Notes under the pieces: model-generated
Databases searched by the model: none
What the model was told of the DNA's origin: nothing
The model's input: only the letters and a program-made list of their open reading frames with translations
Part shown: positions 1 to 13,016 of the stretch, piece by piece
How positions within the stretch are numbered: the stretch's first letter is position 1
How the letters are laid out: every line of letters starts with the position of its first letter
Made by a program: the position numbers and the translations under genes
Origin: Callorhinchus milii
Lineage: Eukaryota
Direction: 5' to 3'
Length of the DNA: 64,000 nt
NCBI RefSeq assembly: GCF_018977255.1
Contig: NW_024704743.1
Location: 21,454,001-21,518,000 of the forward strand

Positions 1-70
1 GGTTTCGCCCTGCCGGGAATTGAACCAGGTCTCTCGCTTGTGAGGCAAGTGCTCTAACCACTGAGCCATT
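1..70 (-). mobile_element. tRNA-derived SINE head (young family), cut by the window edge
   Basis: Reverse complement of GGCTCAGTGGTTAGAGCACTTGCCTCACAAGCGAGAGACCTGGTTCAATTCCCGGCAGGGCGAAACC, same as the other copies. Confidence 0.85.
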
Positions 71-2034
71 CCCACCAAATTCCAATGAGTAACCAATGTG
101 CTTGAAATCTTCCAAAGTAAGGATTCACTCAATCTTGTAAACTTTATACAGTATTTGAGTTTTTCCTTTGAACAGCTAAATCATCCATCTGAGATAAGCG
201 GTCTGTGTCCAAATCTCTTATGCATCTGAAGTAATTTAATTAGGTATCTTCACTGGTTAAAGTATGGTACAAATAATGCTAAGTGAGTTGATGTCAATAT
301 TGACTGGGTAGTTATTCACATACTGTGAAAATTGTGGACTTGTGCATTAATTTTTTTTCACATTCCAGATGTTCTTAAGATGCATGAGCTTCCTGCCTAG
401 ATGAACATCTCCTGATCTCCTCCCCTGCACTATGGTTGGATGATCATGTTAATCCAGAATACCATTCCTGATCATGGCGATCAAGCAACATAATGATATT
501 CTCTGAACCAGTACTTAAATGCTCACTCTAGGATCAGGAAAAGCAGGCAGGCCCGCTAAGCAGCAACCAAAAAATCTGACATTTTGTTTTAACTGAAATT
601 TGAACCAATGCGCCAAAGGCTTTCGAACATAAAATGAAAATCCTTTCCAAAGTATGTCAACCTTTATTTGATTTGAGCTCCCATCTCAAAACTGTTCTTT
701 TCTGGTGGTGGACATTAAAAATCTGATACAATACAAATTTACATTTTTATAGCGCCTTTCGTGCCAGAAGGTTGTCCCAAGACTCTGATGACGCTATTTT
801 GAAAAGAAGAGTTTTCCCACTGTCAAGATCAATATCATCCACATTCATAAAGAACAAAAAATATTAATTGGTCATTCATCTCATTGATTTGAAAACATTT
901 TAATTGATGGACATTCTCCAGACAAATACCATACACCCACTTTCGGGATCAGAGTCGATGATAACTGTACACGACAGTTCCATTGTGTATTCTATTCTGT
1001 AATCCCAATCATTTTAGTGAACCCAAGTATAATAATTTACCGTTATGTTTGGCTGAAACTGTGTTGCTGAATATTCTTACATTAACGATAACCAGTTAAC
1101 TGAGATACTCAGACGGCCTGGGCAATATCCTTTCATGGGAGATTTAAGTTTTTGTGGAACACTGTCGTGTGCAAGTTACCTGCTGTGTTCACCTACATAA
1201 TATACAGTCACTATACTTTACAGTGAATCCTGTAAAGCACTTTGAGAAATCCAATGTGAAAGGCAGTACATAAAATCCAAGAATTATTAATCGAAACAGA
1301 TAATTTATTAAAAACTGAAGAACACAGCCATTTGATGCAAGGCACCAGTTATATACACGAGGCATGCAAATGCAAAATAGCAAACATAGCATCGAGTAAC
1401 TATTGTAATCACAAGAAAACGTCACACTGCCTTAACAATTCTGTAGATTTAAATTATTGTTACTGGAAAAGGAAAACAAACTGGGTTGTGATGAATTGAG
1501 CAAAATGCATATTATTTGCTAAGGATTTGTCATTCTAAACATACTATTTTAAGTGGCAGCCTATAATTTTCCATATCCTATCCTAATGTGGCATTTCAGT
1601 ACCAAACATCAACTTGAAGCATTTTCAATTTGTTTCTTTTACCACAATAATATTGTAGTAGATTCAGGGGGGAAAAGGAGAAATAAAAGTGGTCAGCAAG
1701 GTATTGGTTTAAAAATAACAAAAAAAATAATTTAAAAATTGCAATTGGGAGGACTCTGCAGCATAGCTTACTCACCCAAACTCCTCACCTGACCCCTCTT
1801 CCTAGGTGCAGTAAAGGCACCTTAAACCCCTGCACAGGGGCTCACCAAATGAGTCCTCCCAGCAGGGTCCAGGATCTCTCCATAGAAAAGCTCCTTCGGT
1901 CACTAGAGGGCCCTATAGTGCGAGTTAACCAGCGCAGGCTCTTCCCCTGCATGGCCATCTGGCAAGTCTTCAGCGGAGCGCTTCACAGGGATGGGGTTGG
2001 ACATCAAAAAATGGGAAGAGGGAAGTAGCCACAG

Positions 2035-2730
2035 GATGTCACAAAGCGCTTTACAGAAGTGAATGGGAGCCCGAGCTGAGGGAGGGGAGGGAAAGGGTGG
2101 TGGGGGGGTTGGTAAAAGGTGACCGCAAGTACAAATAAAAACAACGGTACATTGGTATAGCGCCTTTCACGTCGGGAGGACGTCCCAAGACGCTGGACAG
2201 TGCATAGCATTTCAGAAAAAGACATTAAGGCGGGCTTTAAAGGCAAGGAGGGAAGGTTTAGGGGAGTGAGAGATGACCGTAGAAACAGTCAAAGAGGAAG
2301 GTCTTCAGGTGTGATGAGCCTGGCGGAAAATGCCCAGGCTATAGCAGAGGGAGGCTGTGAAAGGTTCCAGGAGGGAGAGAAGTTGGGGAGGGATGGAGGA
2401 GAGAATAACTGAATGCAAGTATCGAAGGATGGGGAGTAGAATCAGGGGCATTTTGGGAGCGGGCTCGAGTCAGCAACCAAAAGGAACACACAGAGTGGAA
2501 GCAAAGCAGTCAGCCCACGGGCATGGAGGCTGTTAGAGGCTAGAGACAGTGCTGAGGGGAGACAGGGGGGATGTCACTCATAGAGTTATTTATTAGGTTG
2601 GACAAGAGCCCAGCCTAACAAATAATTTAGAGAGGGTTTGAGAGGCAGAGAAAAAGTAGAAAGGGAAGGGACTGGAGAAAAAATAAAAACTATACTTAAG
2701 ACTGGTTGTTTTGAAAAATGGGACACTGAA
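2035..2730 (-). mobile_element. Fragmented L2 remnants
   Basis: Clear L2 terminus at 2150-2200 (agcgcctttcacgtcgggaggacgtcccaagacgct), followed by purine-rich L2-like pieces. Confidence 0.55.
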
Positions 2731-3210
2731 GTGGCATCACCCGGTGAGCTTCGGCCGCGGGTTCAGGCAGATTTTGAAATGGAGTCTCTGCGTCTGGACC
2801 CAGCGATGACCGTGACTACTGCACCTCGCTCCCACCAGTACCCACTGACCTTGCTCTCTGAGACCTCGCTCCCGTCTTGCTCCCAGAGATCTAACTCCCA
2901 TCAGTAACCACTGGCCTAGTTTCCAGAGACGTCGCTCTGAGACACTGCGAGAAACTCTCTTCTCCTTTCAAATTGCTTCCTGGGGTTACTTAATGCCCAT
3001 CTGATCAAGCCCGGTTCATGTTTAATGTCCCATCTGAAAGACGTTCCATCCGACAACGCAGTGCTTCCTCCAGCACTAAATTGTCATATGTCTAGGTCAG
3101 CGTTGTCCAACAGGTGGCCCAACTTCCACTCCCTCCCTGGTGAATGTCTTCCCAGGGCAGCGGCAGGAGTTGGTGGTTGAGAGGACGTAGCGCAAAGAGT
3201 GGAAATAATA

Positions 3211-3587
3211 GTGGAGTTCTGTAGCTCAGCGGTTAGAGCACTTGCCTCGCAAGCGAGAGACCTGGTGATGCCACTGCAGGGCGAAATGTTGGGCAAGTTT
3301 CTTTACTTCACACGCCTCTGTTTACCTAGCACTAGCAGTAAGTAGGAACCCAGTTGTTAGTCGATCGATGGATCGTTTTTCCGGGGGTAATAATTCCTTC
3401 AAAAAAAATAAATAAATTGGTCACTTCAATCCACGACTGTTTGTGGGACACTGCTGTGCACAATTGGCTGCCACGTTTTCCCCATAAAATATACAGTCAA
3501 TTAACTTTACAGTCTATTCTGCGAAGCGCTTTGAGATGTCTGGAAGACATGATAAGGTGCGATATCAAATGCAAGGATTATTATTAG
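3211..3587 (+). mobile_element. Full-length young tRNA(Ala-like)/Deu-domain SINE, long variant
   Basis: A-box TAGCTCAGCGG; anticodon-like arm cttgc-ctcgcaa-gcgag; Deu-like core ctgtttgtgggacactgctgtgcacaattggctgcc; L2-like 3' end and (ATT)n tail. Confidence 0.9.
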
Positions 3588-3874
3588 TACTGGCAGTTAT
3601 TGCAGTTTATCAGGAAGGCAAGCGAGTCTCTTACCAAGTGCGTCCTTAGCAACTCCCCCCCAACCCCCACCCTTCCCCTTTTGCTCCATTTGTCTGGTGC
3701 CAAAGTTTTTTTTTTTGAGTCTCGCATAGGCTTTAGGGCATTTGTTCAATGACTGAGGGTAAAGCAAATGAGGGCAATGACTCCGGAGAAGAATCTGGTG
3801 CAGTTGATGAAAATGTTGAAGCTAAGCTTAAGTATCAATCTGTTACCTAAATCTGTTATTAAATAAATAGAGCA

Positions 3875-4222
3875 TGGAGGCCTGTTGAGTAATGGATAGC
3901 TCGTTCGCCTCGCAAGCGAGAGGACCTAGATTCAATTCCCGAGTGGGGCAAAACCTCAGCCAAACGCCTCCGTTTACCTTGCAGTGAGTAGGAGCCCAGT
4001 TGTTAGTCGATTGGCAGATCACTTTCTGGGGGTAATAAGCCCCCGCCCAAAAGTAAAATGTGATCACTCAATCCATGACTGTGAGACACTACTATGCGCT
4101 GCTGTGTTTCATCCACAAAATACACAGACAATCCACTTTACAATATTCTGTGAAGTCCTTTGAGACATCTTTACGATGTGATAAAGCACTATATCAAATG
4201 CAAAGATTTTTATTATTATTAA
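3875..4222 (+). mobile_element. Young SINE, long variant, diverged copy
   Basis: Colinear with 3211-3587, including the (ATT)n tail. Confidence 0.85.
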
Positions 4223-5699
4223 TTATTTTTATTTAAATTAGCCCCAATTTTGTATATGTGCATTGAAAACGCATTAAAAAACGGAATGGTACAAATCAAT
4301 TATTATTTAAAAAGTATAGTGGTCTAATCTGCAATCTTTCATAACATAATTCTTTAATAAGTAAGTATATCATAACAAACGTAGGAATTTTGCTCCGACC
4401 TGATCTGAAGGGTCTGTTAAAAAATGTGAAATAAATCTTATAGAGTAACCCCTTCTCCCCCCCACCCCATATTTCAAATACAGCTAGCATTTTTCACCCA
4501 AAGGATTTTGATATTATAATTGGGTACAAACAGATTGAGTTTATGCTTCAGTGAACAAATTATATTTGTGACCTTTCCGAGTGTGAATTTAAACTAAGCA
4601 TTTACTGTTTAGCATATATTGGACAGATTATAAAATGCACCATACTATCTTAATAAAAAACAATATAATACAAGGTTGTAAAGATGACCGTAAAAATTGT
4701 ACAATTTGAATTCTAAAGTTTGTTACAGTTTTGTTTTAAAAGAATGACAAATAAGACTCTCTTCTTCCTCTCAAGCAGAGGATCCAAACAGTTTCTCAAC
4801 ACCCCCATAAACCAACTGAATTTGGACATCATGTCCAGGCGAGACTATGCCACCTCTCCGCTCGCTGGGCTTCCCACCTCTTCCCTCCACAACGCTGGAG
4901 CCTATGTCTTATCCTAGACTCCACGAGCCTATCACCCCCAACCTCATCTGGTTCCACAACCCCCGGAATATTGAGATCTTTGTCCTCGCTTTTACATCCC
5001 TCCACGGTCTTGCCCCACCCTACGTCTGTGACTTTCTAAAACCCTACTAACCCACTCGTGCTACCTGCCAACCAGTAAGGAACGACCTGCCCACCCGCCA
5101 TTGGCAATCAAACTTTCAAATGGAATGATGGCAAGCTGCACAATGTCAAATGGAAATGAAGCACATACCACATGATATTAAATTCTTAGGAGCATATTAG
5201 TTCCTGATGACATATATACTGAAATTTTCAGACCCAGTATGGGTGGGAACTAGCATAAGAACTGACAAAAACACTAATTTCCTGTTCTGCACTATGAAGG
5301 GAGGTTGTTACCAATGACTGCTTTGCAACAACAATATTCTTCAATGTAGTATTACTCTCGGCATATTAAGTAATATTAGCAAAATTATCTGATATCTTTC
5401 AGTACACTTCTTGGAATCATCATAATCATAATAAATAATCCTTACATTAGATATGGTCCCTTATCACAGGATTTACTGTGACGTGCAGTCGCTATGTATT
5501 TTGAAGATAAATATAGAGGCCAATTTGAGCCTGGTATTGTCCCACAAACAGCCATGAAGTAAATGGCAAATTTTATCTGAAAGATTGTTAGCCAGGACAC
5601 CAGGAGAAAGTAGCACCATGAATCTGTAACGTCCACCCTGAACAAACGAGCAGGACCTCTGTTTATTGTCTCATCCAAAGGATGGCACCTCCGACATAC

Positions 5700-6508
5700 T
5701 GGTTGAAGAAGAAACCTTCCCTTGACTGATCACAGCTATCCAGCTACTGGTCCATCTCCATCCTCCCTTTCCTATTCAAGGTCCTTGAGAGAGCCGTTGC
5801 CTCCCAGCTTCGCTCTTTCCTCTCCTCCCACTCCCTCCACGAACCCCTCCAATCAGACTCCGCCACTGCCTCACCCCTCAGGCTACCGAAACCCTCACCC
5901 ACGCATTCGTCACATCAAGGCTCGATTATGGAAACTCCTTCCTCATCGGCCTTCCCAGCTCTTCCCTTCACAAGCTGCAGATCATCCAAAACTCTGCAGC
6001 TCGTGTACTCTTCCTCACCAGGCTCCGCGACCCCATCACTCCCAACTTTGCCTGACTCCACTGGCTTCCCATTCCTCAGAGGATCGAATTCAAGATCCTC
6101 ATCCTCACTTTCAAGGCTATCCGTGGCCTTGCCCCTCCTACCTCTCTGACCTGCTGATTCCCTACCAACCTGTCTGCTCCTTCTGTTCAGCGGGCTCCAG
6201 TCTGCTCCATGTCTCCCGCCCAATCCACCCTACAATCGGTGGCCAGACTTTCAGCCTCTCTGCCGCCACACTCTGGAACTCTATCCCACGATCCCCTTGC
6301 CTCCTCCCTTGCCTCCTTCAAAGCCGGTCTCAAGACCCTTCTCTTCGACCATGCCTTTGGTCTCCCTCCCACCTCTCTGCCTTCCCTCACTCCTACACGA
6401 CCCCTCCCCCATGCTCGGGTCCCGACACCTGACTGTTCAGGGCTTTGGGACATCCTCCCGACTTGAAAGGCGCTCTATAAATGCAATTTTGTTGTTGTTT
6501 TGTTGTTG
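5700..6508 (+). mobile_element. L2-clade LINE, 5'-truncated and internally deleted
   Basis: Degenerate ORF2 C-terminus (..RIQ/FKILILTFKA..GLAP.YLSDLL) and terminal ggacatcctcccgacttgaaaggcgctctataaatg(TTG)n. Confidence 0.88.
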
Positions 6509-6984
6509 TAAGTCAGCCTATGAGCTCAAAGTGTCAACATGGGATCGAGACCACAACCTTCTGCTTCGAGTGCTAACAACTGACACAGGCTGACACTATA
6601 CATTGCACATAATGAGCCATTATTTGCAATGTTTTCAAATGCACAATAGGGTTGGTCCCAATTAGTGTGCTCTCTACTGGGTATTGCTTTGGAACCAGAA
6701 AAAACACTGCACATATCTAACTTTACATATTCATTAGCTCCCTCCATTGGCTAACGTAAGAATTACACAAATACCGTATAACTCAATACAATGTCCAGTT
6801 TAAAAACATTTGTGTAAACAACAACAAATTACATTTATACAGCGCCTTTCACATCGGGAGGAGGTTCCAAGGAGTTTGACAGGCAGGGATTTGGGCACGA
6901 GTAGGGTGTTAGAATCAGGAGGGGTGGAGGGTAGGAGGGTTATCAAAGGCGCGGTCAAAGAGGAGGGTCTTGAGATGTACCTTA

Positions 6985-7300
6985 ATAATAATAATCCTTG
7001 CATTTGATATAGCGCTTTTCACGTCGGGAGGATGTCCCAAAGCGCTTCACAGAACACACTGTAAAGTGAATTGACTGTATATTTGTGGGCGAATGCGGCA
7101 GCCAATTGCGCACAGCAATGTCCCACAAACAGTCGTAGATTGAAAATGACCAATTTTATTATTGTTTTTGGTTTTTTGGAGGGATTATTATCAGGCGTGT
7201 GGAGTAAGGAAACTTGCCCAAGGTTTCGTCCTGCCTGGAATTAAACTCAGGTCTCTTGCTTGCAAAGCGAGTGCTCTAACCACTGAGCTACAGGACTCCA
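6985..7300 (-). mobile_element. Young SINE, short variant, inserted into an L2 3' fragment
   Basis: Complete head to tail on the minus strand; L2 sequence continues on both sides (6818-6984 and 7301-7400). Confidence 0.9.
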
Positions 7301-8439
7301 CAATGTAGGAGGCAAAGGAGGAAGCAAGACGAAAGGACTGTAGGGTGGAGTTCCTAAGGGTGGGGGCAGAGGCTAATGGCCCGACCGCCGATGGCGATCA
7401 AAAAAATTGTAAAAAAAATTGCAATATCCAGAAACAACTTCTTATGACAGATTTTGTTTCTGGGTGGGGGTAGGACTCAGGACAAGTGAGTGATTAGATG
7501 TGTTGCTGAAATTGGGTTTGTGTCAAAGCACCCATCCAAAGCAGCATAATATTTGCCTAGTATTCAAATCTTTAAAACAATAAAAATGTTTGGTGAAAAA
7601 GAAACTGCACTCTACTCGATTCCTATAGGTTCCCAAGCAGGTACAGTACTTCTCCCATTCTTTTCATTACTAGTTTGCTGGCAGAGGGCCCTATCTCCAC
7701 TGGCAACCCATAATGAAGTCTGAATTTCATGGTGCCAAATTTCTCTCGACCCTTACAGTATTACAGAGACCATTATCTATCCTTGGAAAGAACAAACACA
7801 GTGTGGAACAAAATAACGTATGCACAGGAGCTTTTGAAACATTTCCCTAATTGCTGCTACCTAAATAATAGCAGAACTGGCAAAAATAAAAGGCAAGCCA
7901 AACTTCTGTAAGTGGAGGAGACAAAGGACATGCAGAAGGCTGGAGCCAGCTGAGCAAAGGCAGGAGATAGTGAAGTGGGGTATAAGGCAAGTTGGAAACG
8001 TAAGAAGGAGCCAGGGCATGAAGTGATTTGTACAGGGCTGGATATGGAGTTCAGTGCAGGTGAGGATATGGGCAGCAGAGTATTCAATGGCAGTAAGCGC
8101 TTGGCTTACCGTTCTCTGGGTATCCGGAATTCCTAACTAGCTCCGCGTACCAGGCCTCTCCTAACTCATGCCCCAACCTCAGTGTCCTTGCTGGCCTTCA
8201 GTGGCCAGGGATATTGGCTGTGACTCAGATTGCCTGCATCCCGCGAGCAGAAGACAGCTTATTTTGCTTCCCTCCCCTCTCGGGATTCAAACAATTATAA
8301 TGCTGACACCGCCATTTTTCTGACACTGAAAAAAGCGTAATTACACTTAGTTAGAAATTCCGCCTCACCGGACGGAATCTCCCTTCCCCCCCCGTTACTC
8401 CAGCTAGAGGTTTTATTGTAATTGTATTTTATGAATAGT

Positions 8440-8523
8440 GGAGCTGGGCGAGGAGGGCTCTGAAATTATCATCCATAATAAGGAGCTGAGCGAGGAGGGC
8501 TTTGAAATAACCATCCATAATAA
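8440..8523 (+). repeat. Tandem duplication, 2 x 42 bp
   Basis: ggagctgggcgaggagggctctgaaattatcatccataataa / ggagctgagcgaggagggctttgaaataaccatccataataa. Confidence 0.95.
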
Positions 8524-8685
8524 GGGATGGTTTAATAAAAAGACAGAACAGCCAGGCTACAAGCTTACTCCTAGTCCCAAAAATAACTTGTGAAGGCATC
8601 TGCTCACCTCACTACATATGGCACATATTGGTGGTGAGTTGCCATAGAGGACTAATGATCTTGATCGTGACTTAATAGTTATTAT

Positions 8686-9662
8686 TGAGTCCTGGAGCTT
8701 AGTGGTTAGAGCATTCGCCTCACAAGCGAAAGGACCTGGGTTCGATTCCCGGCAGGGCAAAACGTTGGGCAAGTTTCCATATTCCACATGCCTCTGTTTA
8801 CCTAGCAGTAAGTAGGAACCCGGTTGTTAGTCAATTGGCGGATGCTTTTCTGGGGGTAATAATTGCTTCAAAATAAATAATAATTTGGTCACTCAATCCA
8901 CAACTGTTTTTGGGACACTGCTATGGGCAATTGGCTGCCGGGTTTCGCCCACAAAATATCCAATCAATTCAAAGTATATTCTGTGAAGCGCTTTTGAGTA
9001 CTGACATCCTGACCAACTGCCTGTCCGACATCAAGTCCTGGACAAGGGACAACTTTCTCCAACTCAACGTCAGCAAGGCCGAGGCCTTCCTGATTGGCTC
9101 GCGCCAGCGCCTCCGCACCTTAGGCGCTGGCAGCATCAGCCTCCACGGATGCACACTCAACCTCACTAAGCCGGTCAGGAACCTGGGTGTCTTGTTTGAC
9201 CCTGAACTGTCCTTTCTCCCCCACATCCGCACCATGACCAGCACTGCCTACCACCACCTCCGCAACACTGCCAGACTCCGCTACTGCCTCACCCCTCAGG
9301 CTGCCGAAACCTCACCCACGCATTCGTCACCTCAAGGCTCGATTACGGGAACTCCCTCCTTATCGGCCTTCCCAACTCTTCCCTTCACAAGCTGCAGATC
9401 ATCCAAAACTCTGCAGCTCGTGTACTCACACGCACCAGTCTCTTCGACTGTGCCTTTGGTCGCCCTCCCACCTCTCTGCCTTCCCTCATCCCTACATCAC
9501 CCCTCCCCCATACTCAAGCCCTGACACCTTACTGTTCAGCGCTTTGGGACAGCCTCCCACCATGAAAGGTGCTTTATAAATGTAATTTTGTTGTTGTTGA
9601 GATATCCAGAAGATGTGATAAGGCACTATATCAAATGCAAGGATTATTAATATTATTATTAT
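8686..9662 (+). mobile_element. Young SINE (8686-8998 plus 9599-9662) interrupted by an L2
   Basis: Intact A-box TAGTGGTTAGAGC and B-box GGTTCGATTCC; the SINE tail resumes after the L2 (TTG)n tail. Confidence 0.9.
8999..9598 (+). mobile_element. L2 LINE fragment nested in a SINE
   Basis: [38 protein letters not shown] is the typical post-RT region of L2; ends in (TTG)n. Confidence 0.9.
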
Positions 9663-12197
9663 GCAATTTCTACAAATTGCCAACAGATGGTGCACATCCC
9701 CCTACTGAAATAAGTTTTTTTTATTTTTATAGTGCTTCATCATGTTGAAAGCGCTCAAAGCATTCAAAGTGCATGTGTGGATGTCCATCAAGGACAGGGT
9801 TGGTGCATATGCGTTCTTGGAAAACCAAGTTTGAGAGAAAATCAATTTACAGTACCATCACCTGGATATTTATCAGTAAAAAATCTGTAATGAAAACAAA
9901 ACCTTGCCTAGATTGTAGGGATTGCTCTTAAGAGCTGGCACAGACATAATGGGCTGAATGGACTTCTTCAGTTCTACAAAATTGACCTGTGGGACATTGC
10001 TGTGCACAAATTGACTGCTGTGTTCACCTATAAAATACAGTCACTCACTTCACTGTAAATTTTGTGATGTGCTCCGAGATGTCAATTCTGACATGAACTG
10101 CTCAATCTCTGCCCCTTCAACACTATTCTTCTCCATCACCTCTCCTCTCAGCTCCATCTTTACGGTTCTGTCCTAACCTGGTTTCAATCTTACCTTTCCC
10201 ATCCCACTTTGTGTCCGCTAACGCCTTCTCCTCCTGCCCTCGCACCATCTCATGTGGCATTCCTCAAACTTCTGACTCAGCGTTAATGCATTTCACTATT
10301 ATCAATTGCTAAGACTAAAGGTAACTCGACTACAATAGATCGATCAGGAATGCCTTGCGTAACACAACTGAAATGTGAACTAGTGCAGCTCAAGCAGTAT
10401 TTTTTTTAAATAAAGTGATTATTAAACATTTGAAACAAATTTTAATTATGCTGTTACTCCAGTGAAAGACTTAGCTTCGGTCAGATTAATTAGCCAAATT
10501 GCTTGCTCTAAGTCGTCTAGGCTAATGACCCGCTCTTTCCTCAAACTCTTTTCCACTGTTCTTCTTCAAATGCTTACCCAATTCTCAATTTAATTGTTAT
10601 GGTTTCAACTTCAATAGCCACTTCATAGAATTGCACAGCACAGAAGGAGGCCATTTGACCCAGCGGGTCTGTGCTGGGTCTTTGAAAAGAGCTATCCAAA
10701 TCAATTCCACTCCCCAGCTCTCTCCCCAATACTTCTTACAACGTATTCTGTGCTCTAATAACGCTCTGTGTGAAAGAGGTCTGCTAACCTACCTCTCAAA
10801 TCCAGTGACAATCCTAATATATTAAATTCAAATATATAAAAGGCTTAGCAAATAATGAAGTTATATGTACAAATAGTAATGGTTCTAATTTGTTTTATAC
10901 TTCAGAACAATTGTTCGGAAGCAGCACGGAAATATTTGGGGGAGAACTATCTGGGTGACCTTGTGAAAAAGATGTCCTATTTGGGTTATCATAATTGAAG
11001 AATGTTCAACATAAAAGCATATACCTTTTTCCTCAGGAAATTTGGAATAATTCATTCAGTAGGATAAGTTTTACAGGTCATCAGTTGTTCCATTGAGTAT
11101 GCTTGCTGAAGCATTCTACCAATTACAAAAGGCATTGCTTGTCTGTAAGATGTTCCTTTGTCTTCAGTTTTAAAACCCACTCGCACTGAAAATGCTCAAG
11201 TGCTTTAATCAGTAACACATCAACTCACCAGACTTTTAATTATTAAAATAATGTAAGTATGGTTTACAAAATGAGCTGCATATCAGTTTCAAAAACAATG
11301 CAGCTGCATTCCTTGGAATAAAGATGTGGAAATTTAGATGCTACCAATATTTACAATTGTTTGGCTGATCTAGATGAAAACCAAGCTGTAAACGGTGCTT
11401 GTGCCTTGCTGCTTTCATTCTGTTTTGGATTTTAAAACCTTTATTCTCCAGAGCTGGAACATCTCCAGTACTGCCTTTGAGCCAAGCATTATGTAAGAAA
11501 TTCCATCCTGCTCTCATTTCACTACTGTAACAGTTAGAAAAACAAAAATTGGGGAGGGAAGGTGGTCAATTGTGTTTCGACAGGGACTCACTGTTTGGAA
11601 AGGAACTAACATTCCTTTGACTTCTGATTATCTGAGTTTTCCTTGTCCAAACATTCTCGAGCTTCAATTCACTTCTGATTGTAAATCTCCAGGTAAAAGA
11701 GAGTGCTGATAAATTTCCAATTAACTTCAACTTACAATGAGAGTCCAAAATCCACCCTAAAATGAGCAATTTCTGCACTAGAAAAATGCCAAGAATGGTT
11801 TCATCAAAAGGTAGATAATGCTGGCCAGTCTAGCTCGTCAGTCTTGCTCCGGAAATAGCACTCTTGCCTTTGTGTCACAAGGTTTTGGGTTCAAGTTCTG
11901 AGCTATATTTCCCAACAAGGACAGCGACTGTGCGTTGTAGAGAATTATTTGTGAAGTGCTTTAACATTTCAACTTGATACAACGCTATCTTTCCTCTTTT
12001 TTTGCTGTCTAACAACATGGCATAAGGAAACACTCCATCACAGGGATGGTGGGGGAGAGGAACAGAGTTCAGAGAACAGGTAATCAGCTGAGGATTCTGG
12101 CTGTCACTAACAATTCACACGGTAAGTGATAATCTCTCAGTTCTGCTGACTGACAGCCTCACTGCGATATAGTCATGTGTCTGTGAGCAACTTTATT

Positions 12198-13016
12198 TTC
12201 TTCAGTTGAACGTCAACAAGGCCGAGGCTCTCCTGATTAGCTCCCGTCAACGCCTCTGCAACAGGCATTGACAGCACCACCATCCAAGGATGCACACTCC
12301 ACCTCACTAAGCCAGTCCAGACCCTTTAGGTCTTGTTTGACCCTCACCTATCATTTCTACCCCACATCTGTGCCATGAGCTGCTCTGCCTTCCCCCACTT
12401 GCGCAACATCGCCCAACTCCGCAATTGTCTCACTCTGCACTGACAAAACCCTCATACATGCTTTCATTACATTGAGGCTTCACTATGTCAACTCCTTGTT
12501 TGTCGGCCTCCCCAACTCCTCCCTCCATAGGCTGCAGATCATCCAGAACTCTGCAGACCACGTCCTCACCAGGTTCTGTGAACCGATCGCCCCCATCCTC
12601 ACCTAATTCCACTGGCTTCCCAACACACAGAGGATACAGTTCAAGATCCTGGTCGTAACCTTCAAAGCCCTCCATGATCTTGCTCCCCCCTACCTCTACA
12701 ACCTCCTAAACTCTACCATCCTGCTCGCTCCCTCCGCTCAGCCTGCTTCACATCCTCCGCCGCACTCGCCCCACTATTGGCAGCCGGCCTTCTGCCACTC
12801 TGCCTCCACCCTCTGGAACTCCATCCCGCAGTCCCTCCACCTCATCCCCTCCCTTGCCTCCTTCGACCATGCTTTCGATCTCCCCACTTCCCCCCCGCCT
12901 TCCACCCTCCCCGATCCTGACCCCCAGCTCGGGTCCGAAACTCTGTCTGTCCAGCGCCTTGGGACATCCTCCTGACATGAAAGGCGCTATACAAATGTAA
13001 TTTTGTTATTGTTGTT
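12198..13016 (+). mobile_element. L2 LINE 3' fragment
   Basis: Colinear with the other L2 copies; intact 3' stem-loop and tail. Confidence 0.9.

Noticed and set aside
8440..8523. Direct repeats as a CRISPR-like array
   Set aside because: Only two adjacent units with no spacer, in vertebrate DNA.
8688..8760. tRNA-like cloverleaf with good A and B boxes
   Set aside because: It runs directly into SINE body and tail and recurs with many substitutions, so it is a SINE head rather than a tRNA gene.
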